Positions 39,548 through 49,055 of a stretch of DNA of 64,000 nucleotides are shown here, piece by piece. The notes beneath the pieces are model-generated. The model did not search any database and had not been told where the DNA came from. It worked only from the letters and a program-made list of their open reading frames with translations. Origin of the DNA: Chlamydiales bacterium (GTDB taxonomy: Bacteria; Chlamydiota; Chlamydiia; Chlamydiales; JARBTQ01); contig JARBTQ010000009.1 in NCBI GenBank assembly GCA_029240075.1, positions 2,863-66,862 on the forward strand. Reading direction: 5' to 3'. Within the stretch, counting starts at the first letter, position 1. Every line of letters begins with the position of its first letter. Both the position numbers and the translations under genes were made by a program.

Positions 39548-39602
39548 CGCGGCTAGATTTACCTTTTTTCCGCTAGGTAAAAAAACGGTAAAATCGACCG
39601 CG
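39548..39602. repeat. Imperfect ~55-bp palindromic (MITE/REP-like) element, copy A
   Basis: CGCGGCTAGATTTACCTTTTTTCC...GGTAAAAAAACGGTAAAATCGACCGCG. The arms are reverse complements with a few mismatches. Homologous to 42524..42580. Confidence 0.65.
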
Positions 39603-39771
39603 CTTTGTATACTCGTAAAATCAAACAATTGCCTTAAAGAATCTTATATATCTTCAAAAGATTTAGAATTATTTAACAATAATTAGACAAGTTAATAATT
39701 TAAATAAAAATAAAATGTAATTAATATTAAAAACTTTCCGTAATTATACATATATATTACGGAGAAGTAGA

Positions 39772-41067
39772 ATGAGTATACAAAATAACCAAGGCTTTTT
39801 TGAAAATTCATATTCTAAAAGAGATAATGATTCCGATCTGCTATTGTTAAGAGGGCCTTATGGTGGTTTTTATAATACAACAGAATTTCGTAACTTTTTA
39901 CAAAATAACTTTGAGCTAATTGCAAGTAATATAGAGTCGTCAGATATTTTAAAACAACTGAATCAAGCACAAATCATTCTATTAGGAGAAAACCATAATA
40001 GCGCTTTTTGCAGGCAAGTCAATGGAGGACTCATTAATCAGATATGGTATCCGGAACAATGTAAACTCCTTACTGAAGGTAAAACTTTAACTAATACAGG
40101 TTCTATACAATACTTACATCCTAGTATAAGCAGTCAATTACAATTAGAAAGTTGGGATGTTTCCATCCCTGAAGTAAGCAAGATTAGAGTCTATCTATCC
40201 TATCTCTTAACATTAGGTAAAAATATAGCTAGCTTGCTAGCGTATAAAGATCAAACCACACCCAAGCACATACAAGATGTAATAAATTTATTTTCAAATA
40301 TTTTGAGCAGCTATCAAGAATTTTGTCTAAAATCTCCTCAACTAGATGCGGTAGCGGCATGCAAACAAGATTGTGAGGACTTAACTCAAGCTTTAAGAGT
40401 ATTAAGCTCAGAAGAAGACTCTGTAGATCTTACGAATAAAAGAAATAGGTTTGTAACTATCGATAAGCTCAGTATTCTATTTCAACCTGCCTTTGAAATG
40501 ATCACGAAAGATTTACAAAAAGTGGTAGAAAGTACATTTAATCTTAGAAATGAAAATTTTCTGAACTGCTTGCTACAATCAGCTACTACCGGAACTCACA
40601 ACGCTTCAAAAGTAATAGCTATTAGTGGAAGTGCCCATATCAAACCATCAAGTAGTGTACGAGTGAATGTAAGTTCCTCTTCCGTAGATATGATTACGGA
40701 AGGATTGAGTCAAGCTAATTTGAAATACTTAATCCTCAATCCTCATCTACCTTCCGCTCCTGCTCAAAAACAAGATGAACAAACCCACAAGAAAAGAATA
40801 TTGAGCTTAATTAAAAAAGCTTCTAGTTCTTTTTCCAAAAGTCTTGATAAAAAGAAAACAATAAATTCATCTAGAATTAGCAGGATAAACACAGCTTCCT
40901 CTAAGGAACTAGAGAAAATGATTGAACAGGTCAGCAAAGTCGATCGAAAAACCATTCTACTCACAGAGATAGGAACATTATTGGCAGCTTTGAGCTCATG
41001 CATACAGACAAGTAGAAAAGAACTAGAGGATGAATTAGCGGACCCTACTTCTATGCATATTGAATAA
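39772..41067 (+). CDS. Hypothetical protein with Tiki/TraB/ChaN-superfamily-like motifs
   Basis: IILLGENH (res 72-75), LRNENF (res 259-263) and ISGSAH (res 286-289) occur in the order GxxH...RNxx[WMF]...GxxH of that superfamily. The C-terminal region is S/K-rich and probably disordered. Confidence 0.4.
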   Translation: MSIQNNQGFFENSYSKRDNDSDLLLLRGPYGGFYNTTEFRNFLQNNFELIASNIESSDILKQLNQAQIILLGENHNSAFCRQVNGGLINQIWYPEQCKLLTEGKTLTNTGSIQYLHPSISSQLQLESWDVSIPEVSKIRVYLSYLLTLGKNIASLLAYKDQTTPKHIQDVINLFSNILSSYQEFCLKSPQLDAVAACKQDCEDLTQALRVLSSEEDSVDLTNKRNRFVTIDKLSILFQPAFEMITKDLQKVVESTFNLRNENFLNCLLQSATTGTHNASKVIAISGSAHIKPSSSVRVNVSSSSVDMITEGLSQANLKYLILNPHLPSAPAQKQDEQTHKKRILSLIKKASSSFSKSLDKKKTINSSRISRINTASSKELEKMIEQVSKVDRKTILLTEIGTLLAALSSCIQTSRKELEDELADPTSMHIE

Positions 41068-41140
41068 TTTATTATTTAGTTTGTGTATACCATATTATAC
41101 GAATGAACGAATTATTCTGTGTTAAGCACTTCGAATTTAT

Positions 41141-41262
41141 CATAGCTAGGGATCAAGATGTATATTTAATGCAATTTTTTTAATTTCCAGAAGTTTGAGG
41201 ATATCAAAGATTCAAATGCTTGCTAGGAAAAGAATCTGTACTGATAAAATAAAAGCTGATAG
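41141..41262. repeat. Intergenic repeat module, copy X (empty site relative to 42497..42690)
   Basis: AGCTAGGGATCAAGATGTATATTTAATGCAATTTT...GAAAAGAATCTGTACTGATAAAATAAAAGCTGAT aligns by eye at roughly three quarters identity with the sequence flanking palindrome copy B. Confidence 0.55.
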
Positions 41263-41265
41263 TTT

Positions 41266-41456
41266 TCCTTTGAACTGAGGATATATTATAATCAGGTCAA
41301 TTCGTTATGCGATATTTACTTTTTATGGGGCACTCTCTTTTTGTGTTTTAGTCGACCTTAGAGTTTGCCCCTCTTTCTTTATCTTAATATTTTCTAAGAA
41401 AATGCAAATAACAATTATACAAATAGTTCTTGTTAGAATATTTATGCAACAAGGTC
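41266..41456 (-). mobile_element. Solo ~190-bp end fragment of the same IS903-like element
   Basis: Aligns with 39331..39524, including the terminal repeat ATTTATGCAACAAGG. The transposase ATG is mutated (ATAAAAAGTAAATATCGC versus ATGAAAGATAAATATCGT). Confidence 0.8.
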
Positions 41457-41499
41457 TTTTTGAACTACTCTAATAAATTTTTTAAAGCCTTTATTTGTA

Positions 41500-42324
41500 T
41501 CATTGAGCTGCTCGTTTAGCACCCTTACATATTAAAACCTGCTTTAGTTCATCTAAAAAATTTAACATTATTAGGTCTCTGGTCCGGTAATATTCTATAG
41601 CATCGTACAATCTATCCAAAGGTGTTTTATAATCAATATCTAAGGCATCTATATGTATGTTTGGATGTGATAATATAATTTGACTTAGCCCCATATTTCC
41701 ATATTGGCAGAACCAATGTAAAAAAGTATCTTTTTTACCTTTACAAATCTCTGCATTAGGATCAAAATCTCTATGATTGACTAAATTTTTAAATGCTTTC
41801 TTTAGAGGCTCACTCCGATCCTGCACAATAACCTTTAAAACAGGTTCTAAATCCTCTTTTAACCAGCTACCACTAGCAACAATCGCATTTATATATGATG
41901 TATCATTAACAGTTCTGCTATTAGATTTAGACTGACTATGGGCTATGGCCATAGCTAAAGGACCCTGTCTATACTCTCCTATAGCTTGTATACGGATACC
42001 TGTTGGGACTTCTAAACCATTGTTATTTTTCTTAAAAATTAATTTATATAGGTCTGTTATTTTTGTTACTACATTGCAACCAACTAAATTGACCTCTTTT
42101 AAACTAGGAAAATGAGTGCTAAGGCAATCAATATCATATAAATTTACATAAGGATGGTCACTCAAATCTAAGAATTCTAATGTCCGATTGGCTAAAGATG
42201 AAATTTCATCTAGATTATCAATTTTTTGTTTTGCTAGCTTCTGTACCATATCAGCTTTTTGATCGTCAGTAAAACTATTCAAAGGAACGCTTGAAGAAGT
42301 TGTGACAGATAAATACGAATTCAT
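41500..42324 (-). CDS. Eukaryote-like protein with cysteine-containing LRR(s) and a C-terminal ankyrin-like repeat
   Basis: LEFLDLSDHPYVNLYDIDCLSTHFPSLKEVNLVGCNVVTKITDLYKL resembles CC-type LRR. DTFLHWFCQYGNMGLSQIILSHPNIHIDALDIDYKTPLD resembles ANK. Confidence 0.5.
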   Translation of the reverse strand: MNSYLSVTTSSSVPLNSFTDDQKADMVQKLAKQKIDNLDEISSLANRTLEFLDLSDHPYVNLYDIDCLSTHFPSLKEVNLVGCNVVTKITDLYKLIFKKNNNGLEVPTGIRIQAIGEYRQGPLAMAIAHSQSKSNSRTVNDTSYINAIVASGSWLKEDLEPVLKVIVQDRSEPLKKAFKNLVNHRDFDPNAEICKGKKDTFLHWFCQYGNMGLSQIILSHPNIHIDALDIDYKTPLDRLYDAIEYYRTRDLIMLNFLDELKQVLICKGAKRAAQ

Positions 42325-42496
42325 AGACTACACCTCCGTAAATATAAATAAATAATTAGGCTTACTAGCTACGTGTAATCTCAGACTTCTACCAGATTTT
42401 TAAGTTGGATTAGCATTAAATGTATTTTGCTTTACCCTTTGATCATTTAAAAGCCAAAGTCATGGATTATCCCGTATTAGGCATGCCAAATATACC

Positions 42497-42690
42497 ACAG
42501 CTAGGAATAAAGATATATACAATGCGCGGCTAGGTTTACCTTTTTTCCACCAGTAGAAAAAACGGTCAAATAGCCCGCGCTCAGTATATATTTACTACAA
42601 TTTAGCTAATGTTTAGAAATTTGAAATTATTAAAAGTCCAAATACTTATGAGGAAAAAAATCTGTGCTGATAAAGCAAACTTGATCTGCC
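42497..42690. repeat. Intergenic repeat module, copy Y (interrupted by the palindromic element)
   Basis: AGCTAGGAATAAAGATATATAC [palindrome] TATATATTTACTACAATTT...AAAAAAATCTGTGCTGATAAAGCAAACTTGAT, homologous to 41141..41262. Confidence 0.55.
42524..42580. repeat. Imperfect ~57-bp palindromic (MITE/REP-like) element, copy B
   Basis: GCGCGGCTAGGTTTACCTTTTTTCCACCAGTAGAAAAAACGGTCAAATAGCCCGCGC, flanked by ATATATAC / GTATATAT. Confidence 0.65.
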
Positions 42691-42963
42691 AATTTGCTGA
42701 ATAATCTATTTTGAATTGTGATTTGAAGTTGGTTTCACGTGAATAGTGTATATAAACTATAACACATCTTAAAGCTTTATAAGGTCATTTAAAAGTTAAT
42801 TTAAACAGTCATGCTCCTAAAATTATTTTTCAAAAATCTAGATAGATAAGTTTTTTAGCTTAAGCTATACAGGACTTCTATTAGATAGAATTTTTGAGCT
42901 AGCAGAAAAGTTGCATTCCTGTACCTCATTAACCCTTTATACATAGAATAAATAGGCTTAAAA

Positions 42964-44097
42964 GTGGCAAGTACAGATCATAATCATGTTTTGACTATAT
43001 CTCCTACTCTGTTTCATCCAGTTTTCTTAAAAGGTGAAACTGAAAGCGAAAAGGAAAAATTACCTCAAGCAATTTTGACCGAAATATTTAGTTATTTGGG
43101 TGAGCAAGATTTAAGTTTTGTCAAGCAAGTGAGTCGAACTTGGCATAAGATTGCTATAGAGTCCTACAGTGCACTGTATTATGATAAGATCATTGCTGTA
43201 CTACAACAGCAAAACATTTTAGCAAAAGAATTTGTCAAAGCTACTGACAAATTAAATTTATCCATTAAAAACCCTCCTAGATTTGATCCTGAATTACCTT
43301 TCATGCTTCCTCCTATAGAGGACTTATTAAATACCATAGAACAGAGTAGAGCTTTTTGCAACAATAGCCAAGCCCAATACTATCCCCACTATTGGAAAAT
43401 TCAACATATTACAGGTAAAGCAATTCCTCTTATTTATAAAATCATTGAAGAACAATTTTTAGAACAAATTATCAACACTTGTCAAGAGATACAACCTAGG
43501 TTAGAAGATCTAACAGAACTAAATCAAAATGATCGTAGCAATATTAGAAAGAGTATCTCTAATTTTAAGCAAGTAGTCTATACTACAATGAGTACTACTT
43601 TTGCACCCTATAATATGGAGAATACTGAATTGACGGTCCCCTTTAAATCTTACCTCCTAACTCTAGTCTCATTAGCTAAAGAAAAGTTAATAGAGATTAT
43701 TGAACTAGTTTGCGGCCTCAATCAAGAGACGTTTGCTATAGTAGAGAACATAAACCTTGAAATTAAGAAATGTCGTACGATTTTACACTTAGCTCAGCAG
43801 GATAAAAATGTGATACAAGAATTGCGACAAAATGGTTTAGAAGAAAAATTAAGAAAAAAGCTAACGGAGTATAAACTACTCTATACATGTTTAGAAATTA
43901 GACAAGATTTTAAAGAAACCGAGCAATTCGATCCCTTAGAAGCATCTAATCGATCCATAATTAAAGATTTGACTGAGATTATATTTGAATCCCAAGAGGG
44001 ATGGGATGAGATGAATTTAGTATCTCAGATACATAAAGAGATCTTTGAAAAGCCTCTCTACTTGCAAGATATACTCAAGACTAATCCATTGTACTGA
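42964..44097 (+). CDS. F-box domain protein (eukaryote-like)
   Basis: LPQAILTEIFSYLGEQDLSFVKQVSRTWHKIAIES matches the F-box pattern LPxEILxxIFSYLxxxDLxxxxxVSKxW. GTG start. The rest is helical with no recognised domain. Confidence 0.7.
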   Translation: MASTDHNHVLTISPTLFHPVFLKGETESEKEKLPQAILTEIFSYLGEQDLSFVKQVSRTWHKIAIESYSALYYDKIIAVLQQQNILAKEFVKATDKLNLSIKNPPRFDPELPFMLPPIEDLLNTIEQSRAFCNNSQAQYYPHYWKIQHITGKAIPLIYKIIEEQFLEQIINTCQEIQPRLEDLTELNQNDRSNIRKSISNFKQVVYTTMSTTFAPYNMENTELTVPFKSYLLTLVSLAKEKLIEIIELVCGLNQETFAIVENINLEIKKCRTILHLAQQDKNVIQELRQNGLEEKLRKKLTEYKLLYTCLEIRQDFKETEQFDPLEASNRSIIKDLTEIIFESQEGWDEMNLVSQIHKEIFEKPLYLQDILKTNPLY

Positions 44098-44140
44098 AGC
44101 CTTATTCAAATAGATCTTAGAAATTTAATAAGAATGAATA

Positions 44141-44168
44141 AAGCAAAAGGGCTCGATTTATCGAGCCC
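44141..44168 (-). terminator. Rho-independent terminator ending the rpsL-rpsG-fusA-rpsJ operon
   Basis: GC-rich 8-bp stem GGGCTCGA / TCGAGCCC with loop TTTA, followed on the minus strand by TTTTGCTTTATT. Located 39 nt after the rpsJ stop. Confidence 0.7.
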
Positions 44169-44206
44169 CTGAAGTGAAAACGAACTGAAAGATTAACAGT
44201 ATGCGT

Positions 44207-44548
44207 TTAAGCTTTGATCTTAATATCGATACCAGCAGGAAGACTGAGGTTCTTCAATGCATCGATCGTTTTAGGATTTGGATGCAAGATATCGATCAAG
44301 CGCTTATGTGTACGCATTTCAAACTGCTCTCTAGACTTTTTGTCAACGTGAGGAGAGCGGTTCACTGTGAATATTTCACGACGTGTTGGTAACGGAATAG
44401 GACCAGCAATACGAGCTCCAGTACGCTTTGCTGTCTCGATAATATCGATTACAGAACGGTCTAGTACTCTTTGATCGTATCCATTTAAACGAATTCTAAT
44501 CTTCTGCTTTTCTTTCTTAGCAGGACTTTGTGTTGGTTGTTTTGCCAT
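44207..44548 (-). CDS. rpsJ: 30S ribosomal protein S10
   Basis: [14 protein letters not shown]...GPIPLPT...[28 protein letters not shown]. Confidence 0.97.
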   Translation of the reverse strand: MAKQPTQSPAKKEKQKIRIRLNGYDQRVLDRSVIDIIETAKRTGARIAGPIPLPTRREIFTVNRSPHVDKKSREQFEMRTHKRLIDILHPNPKTIDALKNLSLPAGIDIKIKA

Positions 44549-44634
44549 ATTAGATCTCTTGTATAACTCTTTATAGGTTATTCCAACAGACCCCTACAAA
44601 ATATTTTTGCAAGAGGCCTATTGGCTGGACACTA

Positions 44635-46734
44635 TTACTTTTGAAGTATTTGTTTTTCTATGTTAGCAGGAACTTGTTCAAAGCGCAGCGGCGTCATTGT
44701 AAATGTTCCACGTCCTGATGTGATAGAACGGATGTCTGTAGCATATCCGAACATTTCACTAAGAGGAACTTCAGAGTGGATCATGACAGCAGCTTGTAGC
44801 GCATCTTGTCCCATGATTCTACCACGACGACGGTTTAAGTCTCCCATTACATCCCCTAAGTGATCTTCTGGAGTTGTCACGTCAACTTGCATAATTGGCT
44901 CGAGCAGAACAGGCTTACACTTACGTGCAGCTTCTTTAACAGCCATAGAACCGCAAATTTCAAACGCCCAAGTGCTAGAGTCAACTTCGTGGTAAGATCC
45001 AAATACGATAGAGACCTTAACGTCAACTAAGCTATATCCAGCTAATACCCCAGTATTCAAGCCGTCGTTGATCCCTTTGATAACTGAAGGAATAAATTCT
45101 TTAGGAATTACCCCCCCAACAATCTTGTTGATAACTTCGTTACCTTTTCCTGGCTCGTTTGGTTCTACTTCAAGTACAACGTGAGCGTACTGTCCACGTC
45201 CACCAGACTGCTTAACATATTTTGTTTCGTGTTTGCAAGGTCCTGTAATAGTTTCTTTGTAAGAAACCTGTGGCTTACCAACATTAGCTTCTACTTTGAA
45301 TTCACGCTTCATACGGTCGCACATAATGTCGAGCTGAAGTTCACCCATACCTGCGATAATCGTTTGTCCCGTTTCTTCGTTAGTAGATACACGGAATGTT
45401 GGATCTTCTTGTGCTAATGAGCTCAATGCTAAGCCGAGTTTTTCACGGTCAGCTTTAGATTTAGGCTCAATCGCCATCGAAATCACAGGCTCTGGAAACT
45501 CCATTTTCTCTAGCAATAAAGGATGATTAGGATCACACAATGTATCCCCTGTTGTAGTATCTTTCAATCCTACTGCAGCAAAAATATCCCCTGCATAAAA
45601 TTCATCTTTATCTGTACGATTATTAGCATGCATTTCAAGAAGACGGGAAATACGCTCTTTCTTGTCTTTAGTAGAGTTGACTATAGTCGCACCTTTCGCT
45701 AAAGTACCAGAATAAATACGAACAAATGTTAAACGACCTACATAAGGGTCTGTCATCACTTTAAATGCTAAAGCTGCTAAAGGAGCATCATCTTTAGGTT
45801 CTATAACGATGTCCGCATCTGAGTCTATATTATGCCCTTTTACAACACCACGGTCTAATGGAGATGGCAACCAACGAGCAATCGCGTTAAGTAGGTGTTG
45901 AACCCCTTTGTTCTTAAAGGCAGATCCACACAATACAGGATTAACTTTATTAGCGATAACAGCTTTACGCATTGCAGCATGAATCTCATCTTCCGTTAAA
46001 GAATCTGGATTATCAAGCACCTTTGACATAAAAACTTCATCTTCTTCATCAGCAGTAGCTAACTCTTCTAACATATTTTGACGTAGTCTCTTACACTCGT
46101 CTAAGATATCAGCTGGAATGTCAATTTCTTGCCACTGAGCACCAAGAGTTTCATCTAAGAAAATGTACCCTCTCATTGTGATGAGGTCAACCATTCCTTT
46201 GAACTCTGCTTCAGCACCAATTGGGTGGTGAACAGGGATCGCATTCGCACCTAACTTATCGCGCATTGATTTAACAGCAGCAAAGAAGTCTGATCCCATA
46301 CGATCCATCTTATTGACAAAGCCAATACGTGGAACACCATATTTAGTAGCTTGACGCCATACAGTTTCAGATTGAGGTTCAACGCCAGAAACTGCATCAA
46401 AAACAGCCACAGCGCCATCAAGTACACGTAATGAACGTTCTACTTCTACAGTAAAGTCTACGTGACCTGGAGTATCAATTAAATTATATCTATGAAGAAT
46501 CCCATCACACTCCCAAAAAACAGTTGTCGCTGCGGATGTGATCGTGATTCCACGCTCTTTCTCTTGCTCCATCCAGTCCATGGTAGCAGCACCTTCGTGC
46601 ACTTCCCCAATACGGTGAGTACGGCCGCAATAAAGTAAAATACGCTCACTTGTTGTGGTTTTACCCGCATCAATGTGCGCCATAATTCCATAATTACGGA
46701 CGTTTTCTAATTTATCTTTTTCTGGTCTTGCCAT
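44635..46734 (-). CDS. fusA: Translation elongation factor G
   Basis: [34 protein letters not shown]; ~700 aa. Confidence 0.98.
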   Translation of the reverse strand: MARPEKDKLENVRNYGIMAHIDAGKTTTSERILLYCGRTHRIGEVHEGAATMDWMEQEKERGITITSAATTVFWECDGILHRYNLIDTPGHVDFTVEVERSLRVLDGAVAVFDAVSGVEPQSETVWRQATKYGVPRIGFVNKMDRMGSDFFAAVKSMRDKLGANAIPVHHPIGAEAEFKGMVDLITMRGYIFLDETLGAQWQEIDIPADILDECKRLRQNMLEELATADEEDEVFMSKVLDNPDSLTEDEIHAAMRKAVIANKVNPVLCGSAFKNKGVQHLLNAIARWLPSPLDRGVVKGHNIDSDADIVIEPKDDAPLAALAFKVMTDPYVGRLTFVRIYSGTLAKGATIVNSTKDKKERISRLLEMHANNRTDKDEFYAGDIFAAVGLKDTTTGDTLCDPNHPLLLEKMEFPEPVISMAIEPKSKADREKLGLALSSLAQEDPTFRVSTNEETGQTIIAGMGELQLDIMCDRMKREFKVEANVGKPQVSYKETITGPCKHETKYVKQSGGRGQYAHVVLEVEPNEPGKGNEVINKIVGGVIPKEFIPSVIKGINDGLNTGVLAGYSLVDVKVSIVFGSYHEVDSSTWAFEICGSMAVKEAARKCKPVLLEPIMQVDVTTPEDHLGDVMGDLNRRRGRIMGQDALQAAVMIHSEVPLSEMFGYATDIRSITSGRGTFTMTPLRFEQVPANIEKQILQK

Positions 46735-46754
46735 CGTTTAAATTACTCCCAGTA

Positions 46755-47228
46755 CTACCACTTATAATGTGCAAATGCTTTGTTAGCTTCAGCCATACGA
46801 TGAGTATCGTCTTTCTTCTTGATTGTAGAACCTTGATTGTTGAAGCAATCTGCGAGTTCATTAGCAAGTTTGTCAATCATGGACTTTCCACCTTTATCGC
46901 GGGCAAAGCCAATAATCCAGCGCATAGCCATAGCTGTACGACGATCTGGAGCAATTTCTACTGGAACTTGGTAAGTAGCTCCACCAATACGGCGAGATTT
47001 TACTTCTAAAGATGGTTTTGCATTTTCTAAAGCTTGCTCAAAAGCTGCTAAAATATCTTCAGCATTAATCTTTTTAGCAAAACGCTCTAATGCTTCGTAC
47101 ACGATACGACGCGATGTAGATTTTTTACCATCATACATGATTTTATTGATGAATTTAGCCAATACGTGGCTGTTATAAATAGGATCGGGTTCAAACTCGC
47201 GCCGCTCCGCACGTCTTCTTCTTGCCAT
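46755..47228 (-). CDS. rpsG: 30S ribosomal protein S7
   Basis: [18 protein letters not shown]...[11 protein letters not shown]...AFAHYKW. Confidence 0.97.
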   Translation of the reverse strand: MARRRRAERREFEPDPIYNSHVLAKFINKIMYDGKKSTSRRIVYEALERFAKKINAEDILAAFEQALENAKPSLEVKSRRIGGATYQVPVEIAPDRRTAMAMRWIIGFARDKGGKSMIDKLANELADCFNNQGSTIKKKDDTHRMAEANKAFAHYKW

Positions 47229-47432
47229 TTGTAATTTCCTTGAGTTAAATCATTTAAGCGTAAAATGATTAAAGTTTGATTCACCTGACCAGCAATTTAA
47301 GTTTTATTTTTCTAAATTGCGGACTGCGCGTGATTCGCATATTGCTTATTAGCTACAAAGGGCGTATCACGAGCCAGGACGTTTATCAATACAAACTTCC
47401 TAGTGTTACTTAGGACATATATTGTCTTATAT

Positions 47433-47804
47433 TTACTTAGGACGCTTTGCGCCATATTTTGAACGACTTTGTTTACGGTTTTTTACAGCCGCGCAGTCTA
47501 AAGCTCCACGTACAATGTGATAACGCACACCGGGTAGGTCTTTCACCCTTCCGCCACGTACTAAAACAATGCTGTGTTCTTGTAAGTTATGTCCTTCTCC
47601 ACCAATGTAAGCAATAACTTCTTGGCCATTGGATAGTCTTACCCAAGCTACTTTACGTAAAGCTGAATTGGGCTTCTTAGGTGTCTTAGTTTTTACCTGC
47701 ACACAAACGCCACGTCTTTGTGGACATTTTTGTAATGCTGGCGACTTACTACGACGAACCTTGCTTGTACGTCCTGTACGGACGAGTTGATTAATCGTTG
47801 GCAT
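47433..47804 (-). CDS. rpsL: 30S ribosomal protein S12
   Basis: MPTINQLVR...[12 protein letters not shown]...[17 protein letters not shown]. Confidence 0.98.
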   Translation of the reverse strand: MPTINQLVRTGRTSKVRRSKSPALQKCPQRRGVCVQVKTKTPKKPNSALRKVAWVRLSNGQEVIAYIGGEGHNLQEHSIVLVRGGRVKDLPGVRYHIVRGALDCAAVKNRKQSRSKYGAKRPK

Positions 47805-48287
47805 ACGACCATTTCTCCTAAATAAAAAAAAATAAACAATTTATAAAAATTGCATTTCTTTGAAATAAAAACGCTAATATACTGCATTGCCCCTTTTTTT
47901 GGCAAAAGCTATTTGACCTCATAAAATCAATCATTTAAGTTTATAAGGCTAAACTTACTTTTTTACAAAGGGCATGATGCTCCTAAATAGTATCCTTTTT
48001 GCGCGATTATAATATTTTAATGCAAACAAGAAATTTAAAGATTCAATTTTTTGCCTCCGTTAACTGTTAAGCAGTCAAGTAGCGTCCTGTAAACTTAATT
48101 GCAAAAGATCTATCGATAAATTAGTCTTAAGAATTTGTTGCAAAACAAATATTAGATAACTCGGTTTGATTGATCTCTTCTATTTGCTTTTATTTAGTCT
48201 AATCAGCACAATGGTTTTTTTATGTTTAAACGATAAATCAGCAAAATCTTAATACAACTTATATTACAGTCCGCCTACTAATAAAAT

Positions 48288-49055
48288 ATGAGCGAGCACA
48301 ACTTATTTCCTTCTCTCAAAAAATTAGCTATAACTTGGGGCTTTCTTGCTCTTTTGATTATGTCGTGGCTTTTACCCCCAATTAGCCAAATTTGGGAGAG
48401 GATTGACTACACCCTTTTCAATTTCCTTAATCAAAAATTTGTTTGGTATTTTCCTGGCCCCTATTTTTGGGGACTTACGACTTTAAAATCATTTGATGTT
48501 TTTATAGACATTATTTTTATTGCCATAGCTGCCTACCATGTCTCCACCTTTACAGCAGGAGCAGAGCGCCGCTATAAAATGGCACAATATGTTTTTGGAT
48601 TTCTTTATCTAGTTATTGGAATTTTCTTGATTAAAAGGGGCACTCGAGTATTGATTCATGAGTGGATTGATTGGGACCGAGCTAGCCCTAGTGCTGTAGT
48701 CGCAGATGCTATACGTCTATCGGCACTTTTCCCTCTTATGGGACTAAAAGATATTTCTCATGATTGCTTTCCGGGCGATCATGCAGCCTTTGTATTTGTT
48801 TGGGCCGGCCTTATGTGGAGGTATGCGGGTAAGAAATATGGATCCTTAGCTTGGGCAATTGCTCTATTTTGCGCACTTCCACGAATGATTACTGGAGCTC
48901 ACTGGTTTACAGATGTCGCCGTAGGAGCAACAACGATTACAGTTATTTTATTAAGTCTTCTTAAAGTGGGGAATTACGAAAATCGAGCTGTCCTAGCTAT
49001 TGATTGTTGTCTAGCTAAACCTTGGAGTCTACGCTATCTACCGTTTCTGCATTAA
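48288..49055 (+). CDS. PAP2-superfamily membrane phosphatase
   Basis: Polytopic protein with FPGDHAA (PSGH-like) and PRMITGAHWFTDVAVG (SRxxxxxHxxxD-like) motifs. Confidence 0.65.
   Translation: MSEHNLFPSLKKLAITWGFLALLIMSWLLPPISQIWERIDYTLFNFLNQKFVWYFPGPYFWGLTTLKSFDVFIDIIFIAIAAYHVSTFTAGAERRYKMAQYVFGFLYLVIGIFLIKRGTRVLIHEWIDWDRASPSAVVADAIRLSALFPLMGLKDISHDCFPGDHAAFVFVWAGLMWRYAGKKYGSLAWAIALFCALPRMITGAHWFTDVAVGATTITVILLSLLKVGNYENRAVLAIDCCLAKPWSLRYLPFLH

Noticed and set aside
39548-42580. Repeated palindromes considered as a possible CRISPR array
   Set aside because: There are only two copies ~3 kb apart, the repeats are diverged, there is no regular spacing, and no cas genes are in the window.
44660-47009. 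Plus-strand ORFs inside fusA/rpsG (44660..44863, 45181..45417, 46728..47009), a minus-strand alternate-frame ORF inside fusA (46479..46691), and ORF 44201..44392 opposite rpsJ
   Set aside because: They lie opposite, or in another frame of, universally conserved translation genes, with no independent support.
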